Shown here: positions 50,191 through 60,282 of the stretch, one piece after another
Layout: the number at the start of each line of letters is the position of its first letter
How positions within the stretch are numbered: the first letter of the stretch is position 1
Source of the DNA: Takakia lepidozioides
Taxonomy: Eukaryota > Plantae > Bryophyta
Length of the DNA: 64,000 nucleotides
NCBI GenBank assembly: GCA_030704615.1
Contig: CM060732.1
Span: 80,724,001-80,788,000, forward strand
Direction of reading: 5' to 3'
The notes under the pieces: generated by a model
The model's input: the letters and a program-made list of their open reading frames with translations, nothing else
Told to the model about the DNA's origin: nothing
Databases searched by the model: none
Position numbers and translations under genes: made by a program

Positions 50191-50872
50191 GGGCTTCTGT
50201 CTCTGTTACCTGTTTCTGGATACCCTAAATTTGACAATGTCACCATGGACCTTTTACCCTTTTCCACAAAGGTAAAATTGAAACACGGACTGCCAAGACC
50301 AAGCTGACTTTCCCAAGAACCTTGTATACATCAGGAAGAATACCACATCATGGTACTAACAGGAGCCAAGAGCCCATTGCGGTTGCGGTGCAGGTTGCGC
50401 TTCGCCCCGCATCAGTAGCTCAATGCAAAGCCTCCATCCCACGCTCTATCCTGCGATCATCGCGTTCCATGACACAACAGCTCGATACTAAGAAAACGCT
50501 GAGGAGAAAAAAAAAAAAAAAAAAAAAAAAACTAAGTCCCAGCCCTCTAATGGGGAACCCTATAAGCAACTTTTTAAGACTTTTTTAACCTTTTGGCTAC
50601 CAGGCTTGCACTAGAAGTCATTCCAACTACTATTTGGTGGTGAGCTCGCACTGGTCAACCATCGTTGACCAACATTCCGTCTAGTGTGGAGCCATGCAGT
50701 CATGACGAAGTCTACTAACGTAGTCACCCAGAGGACTATGTAGTCACTCAGTCATTTCAACGACTACATGAAGCCCCGTTTGGACCAAAAATACAGGGAA
50801 GTCATGGTCAAAGTCAGGAAAACCATGACTACCGCGGCCTCGCAGTCAGATATACCGCGTTATGTTGTAGTG

Positions 50873-51350
50873 CAGAAGTGAGTCCGAAGTTCGTACCTCC
50901 GTATGCGGGACCATTTCGCATCCGGAAAGTTATGAATGAGGATGGAGCTGCCGGCAAACAACAAGGTGCATCCGGTAATCCACGTCTCCCATTTGAAGCC
51001 TTACTTCAAAGATGAAGCGCATCCGAATCGGCATCAAGTGTTGCGTCCGCCACCTGTGTTGTTGGATCATGAAAATGAACCTGAGTACGAGGTGGAGGCA
51101 GTGCTTAAGTCGAGGAGGTTCAAGAATCGAGAAACGGAGTATCTCCTGAAATGGAAGGGCTATCATCATGTGGAGGCATCTCAACACCCTTGTCAACATG
51201 TACTCCAAGTGCGGGAAGGTGGTGGATGCCCGCCAAGTGTTTGACAAAATGTAGGAAACGCATCCGAGGCGGTTGCAGCTTTCGAAGGGCGACCTCAAAA
51301 GCGGAAGAAACGTTGATGGGGACATCAACCTTGGATCAAGGGGGAGGAAA
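50873..51350 (+). mobile_element. Continuation of the chromovirus: integrase GPF region, chromodomain and PPT
   Basis: VSPKFVPPYAGPF, HPVIHVSHLKPY and EYEVEAVLKSRR...YLLKWKGY. Purine tract AAGGGGGAGGAAA at 51338-51350. Confidence 0.88.
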
Positions 51351-52221
51351 TGCATGCTTAGCCCGGCTTAGCTAACTCAGGAATCCGATTGCAAAAACTT
51401 GTATTGTACAAATTTTGTTACAAATGAAATGGTTTCCAAATGTTGTGCGTCATATTTTGTTTGGAATGGTAATGCATGGTATGGTGGGCTAGTGTGTAGA
51501 ATGCATGCTAGCTTACAAAAGTGGGAGAGGTAAATTGGATTAATCGTGTGTTTGCGTAGTGTCGAAATCGGGTGACTCCCATCCAAGGGGCAAGGAAACT
51601 TGCGCATTCCTTGGGAGTTCACGTGCTAGTGCGCACCTGGTGCGTGCGCATACTATAACTGCGCTACCGAGGGGGTTGCCTTGTAGTGTGGGCTAACACG
51701 GAAGCTGCGTGCTTCCGTTCACGTACTATAATCGTGTAGCCTCGGGACGAAGTCGTAGTGCGGCTTTGGCGTGTTCCCGTACCTCAGGCCAACATTCCAA
51801 GGCGGACCCAATTGTAGTCATTGGGGCGCATGGTTAGTCCAAGGTTATCTTCCTAGTTAAAAAGGGTTCAAGGTGAACCCATGCTCAAGGTGATGCCAAA
51901 AGCGGCATCATTAGCGGTCGCAAGCAATGTTGTTGCAGTAAGGTGATTCGATCCTCGGGGAGGATCGTTCCTTGGCCTTGAAGTAGGCCAAGAAGAGTGC
52001 ACTGGGAGGAGCTTGAGAGGCTCCACCCTTGGCCGAGACTTGGAGGAAGTCGGCCGAACTAGCTAGTGGAGAGTAGAGTCAAGTGTGGGGTTTGGTTCTT
52101 TGCCATGGGACGCCATGGTACGAAAACAAACTCCTTGATGTGGGACGCCACAACTTGGATGTTTGTTTCTACAAAATGGACAAGTCGATGAGGACATCGA
52201 CTCCCTATTGGTAGGGGTGTG

Positions 52222-52947
52222 TGTCACGGCCCTTTGCCTTGAGGGCAGGGGGGTCGGGACGCAGGAGGGGCTGCCCCTGTGGTGGGGGCAGTGGCAGCAA
52301 TATGTACGGGGGGCTGAAGCACCCTTGAGTGCCCAAGGCACTCAAGGAGGCGGAGGCGCTCACTAGGTGGAGCCCCGCACACCGGGTTGCGGTGGGGGTG
52401 GCTCCACAAGGGGTGGAGGTAGCTTAGTGGGACTTAGTGGGGGTGGCATAGGACTCACCATGGGGCGGAGACCTTGTGGTGGGAGTCGTGGGGAGTCTTG
52501 GGACTCACCATGGTCCAATGGGGCCGTGGTGGGTGGGCCAAGGCTCACCGCGACTCATCATTGGAATCGACGATCTTCGTGGTGGTTCGCCATAAAATGG
52601 CATGGTTGTTTGTGAAACCCCCGCGGACAGTCACAGAAGTATATATAGGGAGTAGTAACCCCGAGAATGGTGCAAGCCCGTTGGTGACCAAAAACTAGTG
52701 AGTAAGCGAGCGAGCCGGAAAGCGACCAAGGAGTGGGGAGCTATTCCGGACTGCCATCTACCAAAGAGAATTTCCACTAGGTCCAAATTGGTGGAGGGTC
52801 TGGTGGAAGAGTAAAGGGGGACCGTTATGTCCCGGTGAGCAGCCGAAGCTCCAAGTTGGCCCGGCGGCCAGGTTGGGAGTTAGGCGTGCGCATCAAAGCG
52901 AGTAATTATGATTTGAAGGGGAGCTTACCGAAGTGAGGTGCGCGACA
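52222..52947 (+). repeat. LTR-like sequence (TGTCAC...GCGACA)
   Basis: Preceded by the G-rich tract GGTAGGGGTGTG. Contains TATATAG at about 52640. Its first ~200 bp recur at 53657-53833. The right boundary is inferred from terminal symmetry only. Confidence 0.55.
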
Positions 52948-53065
52948 CAGAGAGGGAAAAAAGTGGGTTGGGAACGAGGGGTAGGCCCTTATATACTGCC
53001 TAGAGAGGCCTGGCGCGCGTCCGCCTCTGCTGCCCATTCACGCCTCGCCACGTGTCCAGGGAGCA

Positions 53066-53480
53066 GTCGCACCTATGGGTGGTCGCAGCTAATAACAAAA
53101 AAAAAAAAAGTGCTGCGACCCCTCCCTGCTGGTGGTCGCACCTTTTTAAAAACAAAACAAAAATGTGAGACCCCCCATAAGCGGTCGCACCTAATAACAA
53201 AAAAGAAAAAGTCTGCGACCACCACTGGCTGGTGGTCGCATCCATTTAAAAAATAATTAAAAATGTGCGACCATCCCGTGCTGGTGGTGGCACCTATTTT
53301 TTAAAAAATGAAAAAGTTGCGACCACCACCTGCTGGTGGTCGCACCTATTTAAAAACAATGAAAAAGTTGCGACCACCAACCTGCTGGTGGTCGTACCCA
53401 ATTAAAAAAAAAGAAAAAATGTGCGACCACCCTCTGCTTGTGGTCGCACCTATTAAAAAAAATGAAAATGTTGCGACCAC
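53066..53480. repeat. Array of TGCGACCACC-n-GGTGGTCGCA inverted pairs separated by A-tracts (transposon subterminal-type repeats)
   Basis: About 7 stem-loop units with a period of roughly 50-55 bp. The same motif occurs at 60166-60282. Confidence 0.85.
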
Positions 53481-53656
53481 CTAAGCGAAAACTCTGGCAA
53501 TGTTAGGGATTCACGAGTTTAGACTAAACAAAACTCTTTATGTGCATGGATACGATCTTTTTGTGTCCGTGTCCCATTCACATTTTTCGGATGTGAATTT
53601 AATGGGGACATACTGGTTGGAGAGAGCGAGGGTATTTCTCCACATTGATTACAATG

Positions 53657-53833
53657 TGTCGCGGCCCTCTGCCTTGAGGGCAGGGGGTCGGGACACAAGA
53701 GGGATTGCACCTATTGTGGGGGCAGTGGCAACAGTAGGTACGGGGGCTGAAGCACCCTTGAGTGCCTTGGGCACTCAAGGAGGCGGAGGCACTCACTAGG
53801 TGGAGCCCTGCACACCGTGTTGCGGTGGGGGTG
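53657..53833 (+). repeat. Second, truncated copy of the LTR-like sequence
   Basis: Matches 52222-52400, including the hairpin CCTTGAGTGCC-TTG-GGCACTCAAGG. Cut by a CACTA end at 53834. Confidence 0.8.
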
Positions 53834-54740
53834 CACTAGAAGAAAAATGCGGAATAACCACTCTGTTAACCACTCATTTTGAGTGGTAAAAGACACTAAA
53901 CCACTCTTGCCCCAGAGTGATGAAGAACCAGTGGATTAGGACAAGTGAGTGGTAAAAGACATTACGTGGCATCAATGGTTAAGGATAGTGGTTCGAACCA
54001 CTCACGTCCGGGTCCACCTGTTCGCTGACATGTCACAGTGGTAAATTAACCACTGTGACGTGTAAACTCACCAACGTGACGTGTCAATGATGTGTCACTG
54101 AGGTAAATCAACCACTTCTGACGTGTCACAGTGGTAAACTGACGTGTCATAGTGGTAAAGTAACCACTTCCGTTTTCTAGTGGACACGTGGAAGTCGGTG
54201 GTCCGTGGATGATATTGGATATTATGTTGACACGTGCCGACACTCTCAGCATGGACACGTGTCATGTGTCGGTGCTACGAAATGGATGGAGTGAAAAATT
54301 CAAGACTTCCGAAACCACTTGTTGAGTGATCGCGAAATGACTCACAAAGTCATTCTATGAAAACTGAGAATATACAATATCACTCAAACCGTGGTTATGT
54401 GAGTGGACGACGTCTCTTAGCAGGTCATTGGAATGATTACCCACATAGTGGTATGTAAGCTATTTGAATCATCCATGGTGTCTCTCTGAGTGGGACCTAT
54501 GGATTGGAATGATTACTAACAGAGTGGTGTGTAAGTGATTAGGAATACCACTGGAGGAATTCATACCACTAATACAGTAATATATAGGTGATTACGTATA
54601 CCACTACAGGAGTGGTAATGGAGGCAATTGTATGTATTTGGCTACTCTTACAGTTTTAAATTACACCACTATTATAGTGGCGTGCAAGTGATTAGGAACA
54701 TGACTAGAGGAACACATACCACTATTGTAGTGAAAGAAGT
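53834..54740 (+). mobile_element. Left end of a second CACTA family
   Basis: CACTAGAAGAAAA lies exactly where homology to the LTR-like repeat stops, followed by dense ACCACT/AGTGGT subterminal repeats. No matching right end with a GTG TSD was found in the window. Confidence 0.75.
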
Positions 54741-54964
54741 ACCATTGGGGATTCAAGCTCCACAAAATAAAATAAAATCCCAGAGAGTAAGTGCTGGAAC
54801 ACTGTCAACAAAATCCAGCCATGATAAAAGTCTGAGCCTAACTTCTACACAACGTCTCCCCATGCATGCTAGGAATACTGAATTGCTTTCCTACCTTCTT
54901 CTCATTGCCAGCAATGTCTACGCCTGGACGAACAAAATTGTAAGCCCTCTTCATGTTCTTCTCT

Positions 54965-57350
54965 GGCCAGGGCTGCCAGGCTCACCTTTGATGTAGATGT
55001 ACACCAGGGGAATGTTTAGAATGACATCTGGTACAATTCCAGCTTTGATAATGTCACCATGAACCTCTTTGCCCCTTCCCAGGGCTGCTAGGCTCCCATA
55101 TGCATATTACAAACACAAATGAACATGACCTGGTCTTGCTTTATCCCATCCCACATCATTTGCTCCTAGGTTTCCAAAGCCTTAATCTCATACCCATGCT
55201 GCACATACCTTGCAATCATGGCACTCCAAAAGACCACATCTCGTTCAGCCACCTCTCTTGATCTTCTTTCAGAAGCTGTGGTCATGGTTGAGGTGCCTGA
55301 TTTTATCAACTGTGCCACTGCAGCTGCTACCTTTAGTTGACCATCTACCCATGCAGCAGGTTTCTTGTAGCTATTGATCCACATGGAATCATAGGTAATC
55401 TGGAGCTTGAAGTCCGACCTTCTTGGATGAATCTGGACCTAGACTCTATCCCTGCTCCTTCAGTTATCAATGTCGCTGCACAAATCTGCATACATCCTTG
55501 CCTTGCTGCTAACACCTGACAATGACAGCCTAGATTTATCCTAGGGAACACCCAACTCAACTTATCACTATGGTCAATTGCATCTATTACTCTCTGTAAT
55601 CCAATAGGCATTTCACATTTTTGCCTCGATTGTCGTACCATTGACTGGGGTCAGAAAAAGTATTCATTCCACAACTTTTCCTCGTTTCAGTTGAACTACC
55701 TGTTTAGAACTGGATACTTCCCTGTTGTCACATTGGCGGTACCATGTCAAAGTCACTCCAAACTATCAAAGGTTCACTCAACCAGTTAATTTGCAAAATT
55801 CAACATAAAAATTTAGGGCCAATTATGATAAGAGGGAAAAACAGGATGAAAGTGTGTTGAAGAAGGTGCCTTTATTAGCAGTGCCTGATTTTCTCAATTG
55901 TGTCGCTGCTGCTACGGCTTCGAGTTGACCATCTACCCATGCAGGTTTTTTGCAGCTATTGATCCACAGGGAATTATAGGTAATCGTGAGCTTGAAGTCC
56001 CGCCCTCTTGGATGAATCTGGACCGGCCCGACTCTACCCTGTTCCCTCAGCTATCCAAGCTCTGCACAAATCATGCATACATCCTTCCCTTGCTGCTAGC
56101 GGTAATGACAGCCTACAATTGTTCCAGCAAACACCCAACCCTACTTATCACCCATGCAGAATTCAACATGCATCTCAGGGCCAAGTCTGATGAGAGGGAA
56201 AAATAGGCTGAAACGTGCCCTCACCACATTGTCCTTGACCCATGGAGGATTTGACTGACCATCAACCCAAAAGGACCTCTTGTGTGTGTTGTTTGTCTGT
56301 AGTCAGGTAATGTCGGATTGGTCTATGAGAACCACCACGATGCAGCTGAGCAGGCAGAGATTGAAACACGGTCTGCTAAGAACTGCAAGCTGGCTCTCCC
56401 AAGAACCTTGTAAACATTAGGAGGAATACCAAATCATGGTACTCACAGGTACGAAGAGCCCATCTTTGCAGGATGGACGAACTTCTTCACATCGTACATT
56501 AAGAAAAGCCACACTTGGTGATTGCAGTTGTCCCACCATCGTGAGGGATCGGTATAAAACTCATGCAACCTCACATCACAAACGAGCTAACTTGCAGAAT
56601 TCTACATGAAAATTTAGGGACTACTTTGGTAACAGGGAAAAACAGGGTGAAATGTGTTGAAGAAGGTACCTTCATGCCGCACGTTCAGCCATCTCCACAT
56701 TGCCATGGATTCTGCAGGCACCAAGCAAGGCCTTCATTTTGCAAACATGTCGACCTCTTTCCCCTTTACCAGAGCTGCCAGGCAGTGTTCAGAATGACAT
56801 TAGGTACAATTCCAGCTTTGAACATGGCACGGCCTGCTAAGACCAAGCTGACACTCTCTCTTGCACCAACGAGCTAACTTACAAATTTCAATATGCATAT
56901 CAGGCCCGAGTCTGATAAAAGGGCAAAACAGGCTGAAATAGGTTGAATCAAGAAATGGGCAGAAGCATGCTACAGTGGCTCACTTTGCGAAATTTTTGTC
57001 CAGTCTAAATAGTCTACTTTTATTTATATCTTTTTTCATAGGAACTTTAAATTAGGTGTTGTAATTTATTTTTGTTGTAACTCAATTTGAGATCACCCAA
57101 AAATTGGTTTTCAAACAAAGCTGTTGTGTTTTGAAGATGAAAAATGAGAGTAAGATTAGAGTAGAGTGGACAAAAGTGAGCCACTGTAGCATGCTTCTGC
57201 CCAAATGAATCAGCGAGCTGCTAAGACCAAGCTGATTCTCCCAAGAACCTTGTAAACATCAGGAAGAATACCGTACTAACAGGAGCCAAAAGCCCACATT
57301 TGTAGGATGGACAAACTTTTTCACATCCTACATTAAGGAAAAGCCACACT
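54965..57350 (-). pseudogene. Second PDF-PPR chimeric array
   Basis: PDF units at about 56002 and 55415. ORF 55166-55384 runs from the PDF tail (WINSYKKPAAWVDGQL) in frame into PPR (RDVVFWSAMIARYVQHG). Shares intron-like blocks with 49660-49850 and 50275-50370. Confidence 0.8.
56957..57202. mobile_element. MITE, 246 bp, 30-bp perfect TIRs, 4-bp TSD AAAT
   Basis: GGGCAGAAGCATGCTACAGTGGCTCACTTT at 56957, with its reverse complement ending at 57202. AAAT on both sides; AT-rich interior. Confidence 0.93.
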
Positions 57351-60282
57351 GTAGTGTGAAAAAGAAAAGGCATGAAACCCTTCTGGTAAACTATAGTTAA
57401 CTATTTCTTGAGCAGTGATCCATGGCCCTGCCCTATGACATCAACCTACTTGCTCTTTCTAAAATGACTCAGACCCTACTTTATTCATTCTAAATCTATT
57501 TATGACCAGAGACTTTATACCCTTATCCACGCCGCAGCAGAAGAGAAGTCATGGACAGGGCTGAGGTTATCTAAATTGTTATTGGGTCTCTTTAGTGAAC
57601 AGATCATCATATATGTCAGGGTTCTTCTTCCCTACAGATGTCATCATTGGAAAATCATAGGGTGTACATTCTGATCCTTATACAGAAACAGATCCTATCC
57701 ACAGTGTAAACATATTAGAGATACCCCATTGGCCCATACTTGGACTAGGTAAGTGATGCAGAAATATTTGTGCCACTTACTCTACTGGAAACCAGAATGC
57801 AAAGGCCCTAGTTTCTACACATGAGCTCTCATTTTCCTTCTTTATTAATACTACAACTATCTAAGAAACAGATCCCATTTGGCATGACATTGCTACCCCT
57901 TCATATCCTGCCCATGGATTGTACACTAATGCATGGTGTTTTGACATCATTCACATCTACTTAAATCAAAATGCAAAACCCTAGCTTCTCTATTTCAGAT
58001 TTCTCTTCTCTTTCCCTTTGCATGAAGAGGGCATGATATCACAGAGCCCCCATTTTTAACTCCTCCTTAAAACTGCATTTTAACTATTTGAAAGACCCTT
58101 ATGCCCCACTGATTGCAGATCTCAGTCCATGAATGTTCCTAAGTTGATTGATACAAGTAGTAGGGAACAAATGCATGCCACCTGATATCTTCTTTCAGAA
58201 AAACTACAGCCTAACCCCATAGTAGGTACACTGCCCTCTTGAGATCTAATTGCCTTACAGTGTGCAAGCATTATGATTCAATGTGCCCTACTCCTTGCAT
58301 CCAGCCATCCACACCTTCCTCTTTCTGTTTACAAAGAAATCATAGCTAACCCTCACTAGTGCTCACATCAACTATATTGGATTGCATGTACATCTAACCA
58401 TCAAAATCCAGAGCCGCATTGTGGTTCAGATTCATAATGCTGAAGCCAAAGGAACAAAAACAAAACAAATAGCAACCATTCTGTCATTGTGGGTGAACTA
58501 CATCTGCCCTCAATCAGCACTCCCACAGACATATGCATCAGATCCATTCATCTCCACAATCTCCTGGAGATTGAAGTCCAGAGTCCCCATTCCATTTTCC
58601 AAAATCCCTTTTCTGTCTCTCTCATTTCCATTGAGAGTGTCTCTACCAAAATTCCACAACAACTATTCCTAAGTGAAAGAAGAAGAAGAAGAAGAAGCCC
58701 CGACCTCTGACTTAACTGATTTATACTCAAACTGAAGTGGTGGGTTGCTTGCATGAACTGACACCCACCCTTCTTGTCAGCAGCTCCACCTTGCCTGCTG
58801 TCACTGGCCCTCACCCGCGCTTTTCAAAATCAAAGATCTCATATGCCGGTTCATCCGCCGTCTTTCTTGCCTTGTCATAAACAGAATCGACCTGCTCGGG
58901 TTGCCCTGCCCGCAATCAACTGCTGCCGTAGCTCTTGGCAATGCCTCCCACAGCTCGATTTATCGTGCTTCCATACTGGCGCTTCCCAACACTCACCATC
59001 GTGGCTTGATCATCCGCCAACATTCCTGCCAACCTACCCTAAAGCAAAACACATGCTAACACAGAAGCTAGTCCGCATCTCAGATATTTCTCTACTCTGT
59101 ACATGCATCCTTCATTAACCCTATCTACAGGTGATCCGAGTCAACTTATTTACCAACTCTGCTCCTCTACCGTAAGCTCAAACGTCAGAAATTGGCAAGA
59201 AAGAAGCATAAACACACAACGGATCTGTTCCCCTCATCTGGCGGTTGCACAGGATGCCAAGCTGCCTGCCTTGAAGCCCATCCTCCCGCGATCGTGGTCA
59301 TGAAAGCAACGGCGGTACTGCTGTCCCTCCGTTAGTAGCTGCACCATGATGCCGAGCTGCTTTCCCCGCAACTCCCACACCTTCAGAGATTAAATCAAAG
59401 GCGGCACCGCCTCTAAGCCTCCATCACTTCTGTCAGTAGCACATGGCATCAAGCCTCCCTTGCCCTTAATGAATCGTCCTGCAGCACTCCCTAATTTCTT
59501 CAAAGCAAGTCCTTCCCTCGTGAGTTGATCTTTCAGAAATGTATCATCAAAAGACAGCACCGCTTCCATGTAATCGCAGCTGCACAGCCTTCCAAACATT
59601 GCTCCTCCTCTGTCAGCCGCACCTCATGCCACACCATTCTCCTCAATCGATATACCTCAATGCACGCGCGCCAAGCTCCCTGTTGCACACACCACACCAT
59701 TCTATTTCCCACATCACCTGTAGGGCTTCCCCGCCATCATACTTCATGCAGGGATGAAGTCCGTTCATCGTCGGGATAAAAATAGGTAGATGATGAGTTT
59801 GATCGACTTTCATCCAGGCCACGGACTTTCATTGCGCTCATAGAGTAATCTGGAAAATCACAGATGAAATCCGTCTATCCGGTGGATGAAATAAATCGCA
59901 GGTACTTGAGCATTTTCATCCTGGCCCTAGTTGCAAATTTGGACGTGACGTGGCGTTGACGCGTCAGCGTCACGTCTGACGTCAGCGACGGACGTGCGTC
60001 ATGTCACGTCCTAAACCGACGTTACTGTACATAAATATGTTTATTTTTTTACTTTACTATTGACTATTTACTATGAGAACCGACGTGGCAACCGATGTGG
60101 CCTCATTACGTGGACTTCATTAATTATCTGTAAAATTCATATATTATGATTTATATTGTCAATCATGCGACCGTCAGCAAAGGTTGGTGGGACAATTTAA
60201 AAAAAAAAACGAATAGGTGCGACCACCAGAAGGGGGTGGTCGCACATTTTTTCTTATTTTTTAAATGGGTGCGACCACCAGC

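Larger units (their letters stand above)
29209..50872. mobile_element. Outer CACTA-bounded segment (non-autonomous or composite) interrupting the chromovirus integrase
   Basis: CACTACAACAGAT at 29209 and TGTTGTAGTG ending at 50872. ATGACT/AGTCAT subterminal motifs at both ends. The flanking triplets differ (GGA vs CAG), so there is no TSD. Confidence 0.65.

Noticed and set aside
53834-54182. Complete mini-CACTA ending at TTTTCTAGTG (54182) or at GTAGTG (57356)
   Set aside because: The expected TSD GTG and resumption of the interrupted LTR-like sequence are absent at both positions, and subterminal repeats continue past 54182.
57360-59800. Host gene in the low-repeat stretch
   Set aside because: Only short ORFs without recognisable domains or a consistent exon chain.
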